Position numbers and translations under genes: made by a program. 64,000 nucleotides of DNA, taken from NCBI GenBank assembly GCA_004022145.1, contig RCNU01000001.1. One strand, 5' to 3'. The notes beneath the pieces were generated by a model. It saw only the letters and a list, made by a program, of their open reading frames with translations, made no database searches and was not told the DNA's origin. Below, one piece after another: positions 49,191-61,778 of the stretch (the first letter of the stretch is position 1; each line of letters begins with the position of its first letter). Origin of the DNA: Paecilomyces variotii. Lineage: Eukaryota.

Positions 49191-49744
49191 AGATCAGGCT
49201 GCCTGATGGTATTGAATGTATCACGACAGTTACACACGGGTTTATAAAACGATCTAATCCTGGCCCGATCTCAGTTTTTGTGGCGGATAGTCATGCATAT
49301 ACGAGGCATATACTGACGTTAGCAGCCGCAAACAACGACAGAAGGGACACTGCCCAGAGCGAGATGATTGCAGGCGAGAAGTAAGGACGTTATCCCCTAT
49401 CCTTTCCATATAGAGACACTGAATAGCGCGCTGAAACAGTTCATCTTGTATAGAGGCTGGCATAGCATACATTACATTTATGAACCAGGGTATGTTATTA
49501 GTATAGCCTCTAGCATTTCCATCGCATAGGTCTAACTTAACAGATGCTAGACGCCCGCATGAAAATTCTCTTATCACAAAATATGCAGACTTCCTAGAGG
49601 ATATTGCATATGTGGTATTTGTCCATAGAGTATCCGGTAATTGCGAAACTACAGCATGATTGCACTGCTTTTCTATTTATCATTTCTCGAAGATGCTACG
49701 ACTCTACATTCGACATTGTGAACTTTGTTTAACAGCACCCAGCA

Positions 49745-50058
49745 TCATTAGCCCTATAGAGCGATGCAACCTATCCTAACGCCTATGATCCCATTTTACA
49801 GGATCACCATTGATTTCATCTTGGGATTACCAGCAAACATTGAGTTTGACTCAGTGATGTGAGTAAATACAAGTTCACGAAGCCTGTTACACTCATACCT
49901 GGCTTAACAACTTAGACAGCGCAACAATGGGCAGACGCTTTAATAACCCGTCTCCAGCTGGGAGATTGAGGAATTCTATGTATTATCATCTCTTATAGGG
50001 ATAGGAAGTTCCTATCAGACTTATGGAACTCCATATATAAACGTCTAGGCTGCGACCT
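49745..50058 (+). mobile_element. Degenerate Ty3/Gypsy retrotransposon integrase fragment
   Basis: Translates as MQPILTPMIPFYRITIDFILGLP..FDSVM*V..KFTKPVTLIPG..T*TAQQWA..D*G..IISYRDRKFLSDLWNSIYKRLG, with stops and a frameshift. Confidence 0.85.
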
Positions 50059-50575
50059 CACGGCTATCAGAAAGCCAACATTACCTAGTTCTATACAGGA
50101 TATATCATTTTCGAAAAACCACAAGATATTGAGCCATCACTGTTTGTCATTATATCAGATTCTTTCAAGAGATTGAATACTAGAGAAATTCAGGCAATGT
50201 GGCAACAGACCAGAAATTCAAATCCTTCGCCATCACCTATCCTCAGGAATATATCACGCACTTCGAAATCAATCGCGCGGATAAAATGAATGCATTTTAT
50301 GGGAAGTTCGTTCCTTTACTTATTTATTAAACCCACTGACTATTTTCACTTTGATATTTCTGCATCTGCAGGATATAATATAAATAGTATATGGCTGCAT
50401 CGAACTAAAGGGTGCTCCCATTCCCCTATACCATACTGCGTTTACTTACATGCGGATTCTCACAGACACTTGTACGACTTCATCTGGGACACTGCACCGA
50501 ATGAAATATTTGAGAAAAAGATAATCAACCTTTACAGCGATCTTTAGACAGTCTATACACGTCTAAACTATCAAA

Positions 50576-51115
50576 ATGGTTGCCGCAGTCAACTGCATCG
50601 GGCCGCCATCTGTGCATGGCATTCATTGCTATTCGATTATGGTCTTGATAACCTCGGAATCGCTCATCGCCGCTGTCATTGTCCTCTGTCTGCTTCGCCT
50701 GGCTTGGGCCATTATGCGAATCGCTGTGACCCGGATACAAACTTATGTATCCAGCTATCTTAACTCTGCATTCAACGATCGCGAGAATCAGACATCACTT
50801 TATGTGTTCTCAGGCTGGATGATCAATCTTCTTTATCTATACTTCCAAGCTGGTAGGGAGAGCAGCTGGCACACTATCTCAGTATGCCGAATGGGAGAAA
50901 ACCAGTTGCTCAACGTACACGTGTCTATGGATTTCTCGCGATTGAAAAGAGAGTGCGGTTCCTTGCTTACAATGCATTATACGGGAGAAAAATGTGATTT
51001 CGTGGCGTTCTGGCATAGCGTTTTATTCGCTGGATACTATAATATACCCGTGCTGCTTGCCAGTGTTCATATCTTTGCCATTGGAAACAGGGTCAAAAGA
51101 AGAAAGAAGAGGTAG
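50576..51115 (+). CDS. Possible orphan membrane protein
   Basis: 179-aa ORF with one hydrophobic helix; no recognisable motif. Confidence 0.2.
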   Translation: MVAAVNCIGPPSVHGIHCYSIMVLITSESLIAAVIVLCLLRLAWAIMRIAVTRIQTYVSSYLNSAFNDRENQTSLYVFSGWMINLLYLYFQAGRESSWHTISVCRMGENQLLNVHVSMDFSRLKRECGSLLTMHYTGEKCDFVAFWHSVLFAGYYNIPVLLASVHIFAIGNRVKRRKKR

Positions 51116-51508
51116 ACAAGCGTTAGGAAATTAGCTCTTCTCCTAGTGCCAGTAGGGATAGAGACTATATGTTTGTTTCAAGCAATGGAAAGAAGACGGA
51201 ATTCATCTTGGACAGGACTACAGGGAACCATGGCGATGTGGAAGAACACGAGAACGAGGATGGATGTAAGGGACCTTCCGATATGCCTTGGAGTTCATAT
51301 GGTCTCATTCGATAAGACAAGCCCGGGGAATGAATACGGAGCCTTGGATTGTAAAATCACAGAAAAGTAGCTTGTATCCAATATCATCTCAATTGAAACT
51401 CGTACAGCAGGATTGGCTAAATTCAAAGAGTGAATGAGCCTCTGCATGTACCTTTCTTATCATCATATTAACATAGCTCCATAGTGGTCGTTACTTAGCC
51501 GCATAGAT

Positions 51509-53633
51509 TCAGGCCTTGACACGCTCGTTAAATATCACCTGCAGCGGAGATAACGTCAAAGTAAACGTATCTTTAGCTCCTTGATCGAATTTCACGCCAT
51601 CCTCCCCCGGAGCGAGGCTAAGGTCAAAATTTAATGCGACAGAGACAATAGCAAAGCGGAGAGTCATATATGCGAGGGGTTTTCCAGGACATCCATATTG
51701 TCCTGTTTAAATATCAAGATCATTAGTCACTAAAAGAAAGAAATGTATTTAGGAAGTCAGAGGAAAGGAGGCTGACAACTTACCGATTTGGAAAGGAAAG
51801 TAAGCTTCTTCGTGTAAAATCATTTCTCCTTTATTTTCAGCTAGCCATCTCTCAGGCATAAATTTGTCCCCGTCTACGAAATTCCTATTGTCTCGCTGAA
51901 GAATATACTGGGGGACAATAACATGAACGTCGCCTGGAATCCAAACGTCGTCTATTAAAAGACCATCAGGAGGTGTCACCCGCGGTTGGCCACTAGGCAC
52001 AGCCGGTTTGAGTCGAAGAGTTTCGTTGATGATGGCATCTACATAAGGAATGTTACGCACTTGTTCATAAGTGAACGAGTCGCTAGCATTGGGAAATAGG
52101 TTATCGAGCTGTCGTTGGAGTCTTTTGCAGACAGACGGATTGACTGTAAGGTAATAAAGGACGTTCGCCAGTGTTGCGCCAGTTGTATCGCTTAAATTGA
52201 TTTTAGTATAATAGTCTCCCTTGACTCAAATGACACAGGGTGTCCTACCTTCCTGCAACGATGATGACACGGCCATCTTCTTGCAAAGCCTGTTCACCGG
52301 GAGGTGCAGATGGATCATTATCTTTGAAGGCCTTAAGCAACCAAGATATAATGTCGGCAGGATCCTGCGAATCTGTCTTTTCCCATATCTAGAAAGTCGT
52401 CATCAGGGCTGTAGATTGATGGCACTAAAACGCGAAAGGATCGGAAACGAAGTCGAACAAAGGAAAAGAACATACAGCTGCCTTTTCCTTAACATGGTTG
52501 TGACAATAATCCATGAACGACTCATAGCTCCCAGTCAAGCCAGGAATTGAGCTCAACAGGCACAGGAACCATGGCACATGAGCCAATAACCCTAGCGTCG
52601 CCATTTGCTCATGTAGTCCTTTAATAGCACTATGCTCTTTAGCTTCTTGCAGCTGCTGGAAGTCTTTACCGAGTCCAACCACGCCCATGACATCGAAAGT
52701 GAGGAACATAGTCCATTCGGTGATATCAACTGGCTGACCAGCCCGTGTACGTAACTGGGAAATGAACAAGTCGACTTTGGACTTTACTCGAGGGGCATAC
52801 ATTGCCATCGCTGTGATTGTTAGAAGTCAATAAAAGGAAAAAGCAAAAAGCAGAATACTGATGTATCCAACGAGAGAAAGTGATTGGCAGTTAAATTATT
52901 AGTCATAAGATACCTTTGACGCTGAATCCGCGATCCCAAGCTCGACGCCGGCGGCGATGGATCTCAGGATCGCGCATTGTGTGAACTGAGTTCTTGGTCG
53001 CATCATCTGAGACATGGCTGTACAAAGTAGACTTATGGCAGGGTGACTTGGGACCATGGATTGCCTGAGCGGCTGATGGACGATTTATAGAAATTTCACG
53101 CGGACCTAATCAATGCCAGTCAGCCAATTATTATCCCTCTGGGACAGAAAAAAAAAATAATAATAATAATAAAATTGAGACCTATACTCCCAGAGCTTAC
53201 CTGTACGGATAAAGTCACCGTGCTGTTTGTGCAACTTTTCCAGCTGAAGGTGATATTGCAGACCCTTGGATGCAAGATTCACCGCGTAGAAACGGCTGAG
53301 TTTGGCGCCCCAGGGGCCTGGAAAGTTTCGTAATCGGTGAAAGAACAGTCTATAAACTCCGATACTGGTCGCCAGCGCAAGATTAAAACACAAGCCTGCA
53401 TACGAAGCTGTTGCAACACTATGTAGCAAGCTTAGATCGAATAAATTCACATAAATTCCCACAAGAGAAGCCCATGTAAACAAATAAGCGACGAACAAGG
53501 TCCCGAGTCGATTGTCGATCTCGATATTCCTGATGCTTGAATGGAATGCTATTCCTGACAACCCAAAGGTCATAGCCACCTGCATGGCATTTGGTGACAA
53601 GATGTTTAGGGCCATATCGACTGGAGTTTTCAT
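51509..53633 (-). CDS. Cytochrome P450 monooxygenase (multi-exon)
   Basis: FFHRLRNFPGP, I-helix AGSDTT, ETLRLKPAVP, FMPERW, heme motif FQIGQYGCPG. Confidence 0.93.
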
Positions 53634-54286
53634 CTTGGAACGAATACTTTTGCGCGTTGCTAGTCTGAAATTTTCCCCGGGTATATTGTAGGAATTATCA
53701 ATAGAGTAAAAGCCAAGAGAAACTGAATAATGCACAATTTCCTACTGGAAGCGTTTATATAGGGAATTTTTGCCAACACCCCTGTACACCACCCCGCTTC
53801 CTGTCACACCCCACATCGACGCTTACTGGTTGCATCACAAGGTTAAATACTTGACCTTCAGGAAAAATTGGTGTCTTTCTTGTTAGATTAGTTAATTTAC
53901 CCGTGAGTTATCCGGAATTTTAATCAGTTTGTTGTTGCAATATCTTCCCACCCAAACTTGAATTCAGACGCCTTAATAGTGGCCGGAGTTGCTGCACCAA
54001 TGATTTTGTAAGGATAGAGCTGACTCTTTAGCAAGCCTAAGAACATTACAGTCAGACTTTAGGACGAGACACCCTGGTCTACCTTACACCGTGTATACCG
54101 ACAGCTGTACAGATCACACAGGATGGAGGCTGCATCTTGATATCTGACATCTAGCCAGCTATATGTCGAGCAGGAGAAGGTGCTAATGACTATTACGGTT
54201 TCGTGTAATCCATAAAATGTTATATTTAGTATTATGTACCTGCTAGGGCAGGAGACTCTTATTCCTTATAAAAAGAGGTAGACTAT

Positions 54287-56258
54287 CTAGTCAACAAAGA
54301 TCGTCCGGGACAGGGACGAGTAATGCTTGAAGAAGCTGGAGAAGAGCCTGATAGCATGTCCGACATCTTCTGTTCCACCAGTCTCTCGGATACTGTGCAT
54401 GCTCAGTTGGGGGTTGCCAAGATCGAGCGTCCTAGCACCCAGAGCGGCAGACAGCATGGGACCAATGGTGCTTCCGCAGCTGGAATCGTTGCGGACAACG
54501 AACAGCTGCAGAGGGACGCCGTCTTCGCCGTTCTCGCCCGCTTTCTGGGCCACCTCCTGAAGAAGAACGATGCCGGGGGCGTTAGTGGCGTAGCGAGCAT
54601 TGGCGTTGATCTTGATAACCGGGCCCTTGTTTATCTCGGGGCGGTGGTCCGGTTCGTACTTGAAGGAGTAATTGGGGTTGACGGCGTGAGCCATGTCAGC
54701 TGATACGAGGAAGGAAGTCGAAAGGGTCTGCTCGTAAGCAGTGGAGAGATCGACATCGCCGGCCTTTACGTAGGAGCGTTCGGAACTTGCTTCTTCGAAG
54801 GAGGACGCAGGGAGGACGGATAGACGACGGATGATAGCAGGCAGAGCGTTGGAGTCAGCTCCCTGAGCGGTCCGGCTGCCAATCTCTTCGTGGTCGAAGA
54901 GTGCAATCAGACGGATAGATGACTCGTCATCCAGAGCAGATGGGTCGGCGACGGAGTCAATCAGACCCCTAGTGGCACAGAATGAACTGTTGAGATTGTC
55001 CAGGCGAGCAGAGAAAATGAACTCGTCGAGCAGACCACCGAGGCAGGCTTTCTGAGTATCAAATAGGATCATCTCGAAGTCAAGCACGTCCTCTGGCTTC
55101 GCATCCAGCTCAGAAGCGATCAACTCGACCAAGTACGGGTGATGACGTTCCGTAATTGCCTTGAGGGGTGCGAAGTCGCCCTTCTCCGTCTGGTTGGACT
55201 CGCTTTCTTTGGACTCTGATCCCTTGCCAACCCGGTTCAGTTCAGCAGCAACAAGACCAGCGATCGGGAAAAGTTGAGTTTCCTTGTTGAAGGTGAAGGT
55301 CTCCTGACGGTCCAGGTGAATCGCCAGAGTGGGAATGCGGAGAACTGTGATGGAGTCAGTAAGATCAACGATCTCCTCAAACTGAGCAGCCAGACATACT
55401 GGGACGATCGATGTGAACGAGTTTCTGCACGATGGAGCCGTCCTTGGTCCGGACCATCGCCCGGCCGGCGACTCCAAGGTCACGGTCGAACCCTGTCGAC
55501 AGCGTTAGTTTCAGATGCTATAGATCATCCATCGTACACTTACATGTGTGCCAGATGCCTCCACCATAGGTCTCAACGCCCACCTGGACGAAACCTTCAC
55601 CCTTCTTCTTGCTCACAGGCTTGATTCTCAGGACGGGAGAATCCGTGTGAGCACCAATCATGGAAATGGGATTTCCGGGCTAGTGATACATAAATGAGTT
55701 GCAAAGAAAACCATTGAATATGCATATGGTGGTCTGATGTGCTTACTGTCCATTTCTTGCCAATGGCAAAAGCCACAATGGTCGACTGGTTTCGGGTCAG
55801 ATAGTACTTTCCGCCCGGCTGGCATGTTGAGGCCCAGGAGTCTTTCTCCTGCATGTATAGTTAGTAACATATTATACAAAGGATCAGACGATGCCAAGAG
55901 ACGTCGCAAGTTACCTTAATCTCTTTGAAACCGGCATTCGCCAGGAGCTCTTTGGCAGATTTCACCGCATGGAAAGCTACGATAAGGTTAGAGCCGGTAG
56001 ATCATGGGACGGGGACAGGGGATCTTTACGGGTCGGGGAAGCGTTGACGAAGGACAAGAAGTCCAAGGCGGCTTGCTTGCTGTCGAGCTTCGGCATGGTG
56101 GAGTAGTTAGAGTACCTTGTTCGCGGAGAGTAGCACCAGATCTGTGGCGGGGAGAGCGGGAGACGTTGAGATGAGGTAGCGGAAACGAAGGTACCGCCGG
56201 CGGTCACTCGGGGAGAGCAGACTACGCGACTGAACAGCCGGCTGTGCTTGGAGATCAT
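54287..56258 (-). CDS. APE4: M18 aspartyl aminopeptidase
   Basis: [61 protein letters not shown]; main ATG 56096, upstream in-frame ATG 56258. Confidence 0.93.
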
Positions 56259-57459
56259 CAGCCACGTCCAATTCACCTCTTGGGCCTGAATCGAGCAGCA
56301 GAGTTAAGTCCTATCCACTATGCATGGACGGAACATCGAATTCTGCAAGCCAGAACAACAGACACAGCCTGCTCCACACGCTACGACACGAGTCAAATGG
56401 AGTTCCTTCGGTTGATCTTCCGGCCTGCTAAGTTACGCTCTATGTATGTGGCCCAAGCTTCGCGTCTCTCCGGATCCACGTCTGACAGACTTGAAGATCG
56501 CAAGTCAGCGGAGGATCGGACAGGGTCCAGCAGGATGGTTCTACATAGTACATAGGGCTTTGCGCGGGGAGCGAATCGTCAGGCGGGTGTTTCGTGTCTA
56601 TCAGGGACCAGCTGGTGTCTGCCAAAACAACCGCGTACACAGACTCAGCCCAATCACTGTGATGCGTTGAGCCGTTTTGTTCTTCATCCCTTCGGCGCGC
56701 TCTGTTCTGGTTGCTGCAGGGAGTTTAGCGCTAAGGAGCGACGCGCTCGGGGCGGGCTTGTCAGTGTAAACAACGATAACAACCACCGGGGAGCATCTTG
56801 CTGGCTGCCTGCTGGCTTTCAACGGCGCTGAAAGGACACAACCATGGTCACAGAGACAGCTGGCCATCATCGGCATCGCATTCTTCCCATCCTGACCAGC
56901 CACCGGCAACGGGCCGCCCTCAAAGAGGAATGAAGCCTGAAGTGCCGGTGTTGATGGGCTGTCTCGGTCGGGCTTAGCGGCCCCTGGAAAGGCTTAGCGC
57001 TCCCGACGCGTGACCCCCCGGGAGGGATGTGAGTCCCCTTCGACTCCATCACAAGAGAGTTCACGGCCGGCCTGCATCTCCTGCGCTCCCTCTCCCCGCC
57101 AGCTTCTGCTTTTCTCCTCATGTCAATCTCTGATGGTCGTGCCAGCTGGTGATTTTCCATCACGTTGGCGCTGGTCTGCTCAGAGTTTTCACGCTGTCGA
57201 TTGTCTCCCTCCTATTGTCAGTCCATCCGCGCGGTGAATGAGCACGGCGACAGCTATTCACACCCACAACAATCCTTAACTCTCTGTCATTCAGTCCAAT
57301 TACAACACCCATTTCTAACGATATCCGATCGTATCTTCTCCTTTGTGCGAAACCATCTCTTTTATCTCCAGTATCTGCGCTCGACCTCGTCGCAACTCTA
57401 TCTATTAGTATCTGCGGGTCAAATTCGGCGGTGGCCGTGGGCCGTGAGAAGGAACAACT

Positions 57460-59486
57460 ATGGCGGAAAAGAACCGGGAATCTCAGAGACCTCAGGGCTC
57501 TGTCGCATCAGCACCAGCTTCCGAGGCAAATTCCGGCGCAAGAGGACTGAATATCGCATCTCCGCCGGGATCAAAGACCCCGCCTAGCATGCCGTCCAAG
57601 AGGACACTTTTCTTTCCGGACACATCGCGCAACAGACAACAGAGTCTGGCAGCATCCGAAGCGATCGATGCCGATGCTTTAACGAAAGCTCTGAAGGAGT
57701 ACGAGGAAGCCGGACGTCGCCGTGAGAGGACTCCGGGAACGAGTCCAAGCCGGAAAAGACAGAGAGTCTATGGAGATAGGTAAGTGTCCTTCTTACCGTC
57801 CAGATAGGCCCGCAGTTTCAAGACCGCATACGAAGGCCCTTGTCTGGTAGCTACGGTGCCGCTCTTTGGAATTACTTGCTGACTCTGCTGAGCCAGATTC
57901 ATCCCAAACCGCGAAGGCCAGGATCTCCAAGCAACCTACAGTCTGTTGCACGAAGATGGATGTCCGTCTACTCCCTCAAAAACAAAAAGACGTGCTCCTC
58001 ATGGCGAGCTTCACTTCCAGAAGAGTGAGATCTCCCTGCTGGCCCCAAGCTGTAAATGATGTGTTGAACTAACATTGTGTTAGCCGAAGAAGCTAACCGG
58101 ACGTACTCGAGAGTCTTGCGAAGTGAGCTCTTTGGAAACACTGTCCCACAAGCCGACCTAGACTCGCTCTCACCTGACCCTCTACTTGGGTTTAATACCA
58201 CTATTCATGACCCCACTCGTTCTCATACTCCACCAACGCACGCCATCTCAGCATTACCTCCTGCTAGCATCACCCCGTCAACACCACACAAAAACCTTTT
58301 CAGTTACATGTCCCCACGTCCTGGTTCAGGTCAACCCACACCTTCAAAGACCCCCAGGAGTCAGCATGGACCAAACCTGAACGTGCGATCAGAACTCTAC
58401 AGCCTGTCTCCCATCCGGTATGATAGCCAAAGGATCCTCGAGACACCACGGAAACAGCCTCGCTATGTCAACAAAGTGCCGTACAAGGTTCTCGACGCTC
58501 CAGATCTTCAAGATGATTTCTACCTGAACTTGGTCGATTGGGGCAGCAGCAATGTCTTGGGCGTCGGTCTAGGAAACTCTGTCTATATGTGGAATTCGCA
58601 ATCCGGCCGAGTGACCAAGCTTTGTGAGTTGAAGGATGACACCGTGACAAGTGTGAGCTGGATACAGCGGGTAAGCATTTATCTCGTTGCACTATATGAA
58701 ATATATATTAATTCTCCACAGGGAACGCACATTTCGATAGGAACTGGCAAAGGCCTGGTCCAGATTTGGGACGCAGAGCATTGTCGTCGTCTACGCACCA
58801 TGATCGGTCATACTAACCGTGTGGGGGCGCTTGCGTGGAATGATCACATCCTCACATCAGGCTCTCGGGATCGTCTCATATATCATCGAGACGTCCGCTC
58901 TCCGGATCAATACCTCCGTCGCCTAGCAGGCCATAAACAGGAGGTCTGCGGTCTCAAATGGAACACGGAAGATGGCCAACTGGCATCTGGAGGTAACGAC
59001 AACAAATTGATGGTGTGGGACAAACTTAATGAGACTCCCCTGTTTCGATTTTCGGACCATACAGCGGCCGTCAAGGCGATCGCTTGGTCTCCTCATCAGC
59101 ATCACCTGCTCGCTTCAGGTGGTGGTACGGCTGATAGGACTATCAAATTCTGGAATACGGCTACCGGTTCGATGATCAAGGAAGTCGACACCGGCAGTCA
59201 AGTGTGTAATCTCGGCTGGTCAAAGAACTCGGACGAAATCATCAGCACACATGGATATAGCCAGAATCAAATCGTTATCTGGAAATATCCCCGTATGGAA
59301 CAGATTGTCTCGTTAACCGGTCACACCTACCGTGTCCTCTACCTCGCGATGAGTCCAGATGGCCAGACAGTCGTGACTGGTGCTGGTGATGAGACACTTA
59401 GGTTCTGGAAAATCTTCAACAAGCGGGCAGGGCGCGATCACGGCCGTGAAGGCAGCAAGCTTGCAGAATGGGGTACCATTCGCTAG
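57460..59486 (+). CDS. CDH1: APC/C activator Cdh1/Fzr1 (WD40)
   Basis: C-box GDR|FIPNR across an intron, KVLDAPDLQDDFYLNLVDW, WD repeats, C-terminal IR tail. Confidence 0.95.
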
Positions 59487-60359
59487 TGGGACTGTTATGT
59501 GCTCTGCCAAACGAATCATGCTGTTGTTATCTTTTCAGCATGACTCGGCCTTCTCTTATTGCTTACGACATGCATTAGATTTGGCGTTCTCGGTACGGTA
59601 TGGGACGACATTCATCTGAACAACGGATCGACACGAAAGGCGTTTTCACGTGCAAGCTCTTGATATCTTTTGCATCTCAGCTGGTATGCCGCCTATTGTA
59701 CTGCGCGACTATCGAGTGAACACATCTTCGAATTGCTGCGAATTTCAGTTACCATATGTTTTATTTCTGATTCCTTTTTCTCGCCAATCTCTGCGAAGCG
59801 GCCTTTTTCTAGCGTATTTGACTTGGTGCTTGCATATCTTCCTGGCGATCTCTTTACTATTCTTTCTTTTCTATTTCTGTTTTTTCTCATCTATGTCACT
59901 CCAGGGCGCTCATGGAGTTGGGATCTGGTCAACAGGACGGTTGCGGGTGGAGCTGGTATGGGCGGTTGGTCTTTGGCCTTAGGACTGCTTTTTGTCGTTG
60001 AGCTGCATGACCCGCTCACGACCTTATGAGGAAATGACCTATTGTACTGCTACTCTACATTTTTCTATTTTCTCCTGAGCCTAAGGCGCCTGTGTGATGG
60101 ACTTGGTCTTGTCTGGGCCGGACACGGCATTCTAAAGCATGATAATGCTGGATGTTTTGCTGCCTATAGCTAGAGTAATGGAACAGAATATAATTCTATG
60201 CATAATCTTTATGTTTACCAGGACTTACATAGTAAGAGAATAAATACGTCTGATAGCATAGGGATCAAACCAAGGGTAATCATTATGGGCTACACTATAT
60301 GCATTATACTCGAATAAACATTGCAAGTCTCTCTTCCTCCATTCCCATTTTGGGGAAGA

Positions 60360-61336
60360 CTACAGAATCAGCCTTCCAGGCTCACCCTGCAGCACCGTCT
60401 TAATCCGCTCCAGGAACGCCTTGGCTCTTCTCTCCTCACCCACAGGGACTGTCAGGCTGAATACATTTTCAGCGACACCGGGTGCCACAGGAGCCGATCC
60501 CAGAGCAGTTGTCTTCTTGGTCACCTTTCCGGCCAAGAAGTCAATGAGGTCCTCCTTAACGGGCGAAGCTGGAGCAGGCGTGGGTGCCGCAACGGTGTTG
60601 ATCTCTGGGACATAGTCACCACGAGTAGTCTGAATGGGGCTAGCACCCAGCAATTCCTCGAACAGCTCATCTGCGGAGGGCTTCTCAGACGCTGCGCGGG
60701 GCAGGTCATCGTTTGCAACATCCGTTGCTCGCGCAAGGAAGGTCGCCAGAGGGATCGTGACCCCCAGACTCTCTTGGATCTTCTTCTGGACTGACAGTAC
60801 AGCGGCTAGGGAGACTGATACCGCAACCGAAGTCAGGGCCGGTGGTGCAGGAATTCTCTCTTCAACAACAGCAGGCGTTGGCTCTGCGGGCTTGGGTGGA
60901 GGGGCGATCTTGATGTTGCTCAGGTCGAGGTGCTGGATGTGTGCGATTCGCGCCGCCTCTGTGGATGGGTAGTCTGCGGGGATAGAGCCAATGTATGCTA
61001 AGACATCACCCTTCAGGAGACGGCCCTTGGGGCCTGAAGCGGGGATTTTGGCGATTTCGGACTCCGGGATGCCTTTCTCGTGGCAGAGCGTGATGACGGA
61101 TGGGTATAGAGGGTATGCGGGATTCTGTGTTTGCGTAGGGACTGTGGATTGGAATCCTGGTCATACGAGGCGAAGTCAGTCGAGTTCGAGGCATATCATA
61201 AAGGAAAAGACGCGGTTGTCAAGTACTCGCCCTCCGGTATCTAGAAGAAGGACTTACGTCGAGTGGGGGCGTACACCCTGGGCTGCCGTCTGGCAAGCCT
61301 AGCAGAGAGCTGACGCACGGGGAAGCTGGATGCCAT
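60360..61336 (-). CDS. PDX1: Pyruvate dehydrogenase protein X (E3-binding) lacking a lipoyl domain
   Basis: Exons 61336-61258 and 61156-60360; presequence; PSBD YPSV..IPASGPKGRLLKGDVLAY; HLDLSNIK; ADELFEELLG; DLIDFLAG; FLERIKTVLQ.EPGRL. Confidence 0.82.
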
Positions 61337-61778
61337 TGTAGATAGTGATAGACAGCGGCTAGCTCAACCCTCTGCTGGTCCGATGCGTCAAAGAAGATGA
61401 GAAGGCGAGCGGAAGGATATCGCGCGACCAGCTATATACGGGGCGCGGGTGAAAGCGGAGCTGATAAGTAATGATGATACTCCGTCAGGTTTCAACAAGG
61501 GCGCGCGCGTTGGTCCTCTCGAAAAATATAACTCAGAGAAATTGCCTGACGATGGTCCGTTATCAACCACAGAGTCCGGGTCAATTGCGATAGTGCAGGT
61601 AAAGGAATATCGAACCTCGCGAAAGGAGCCTGGTTGCTGATGGTTGAGGTTGGGGAGCTTCACCGGTGACCGGGTCAGGAACATTTTTCGGCCGCCGCGC
61701 ATATTCCCGGAGGTAAGCATGTCTGGTCTCCGTCGCTTCACGGTCGAGCTAGATTTAAAGGCGACGGCCCATAACGAG

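Noticed and set aside
56300-57459. Many short ORFs upstream of CDH1
   Set aside because: GC-rich divergent promoter and long leader; no coherent product, and uORF function cannot be supported
58671-58721. Apparent 17-aa insertion in the Cdh1 WD40 domain
   Set aside because: A 51-nt in-frame GTAAGC..CAG intron read through by the ORF finder
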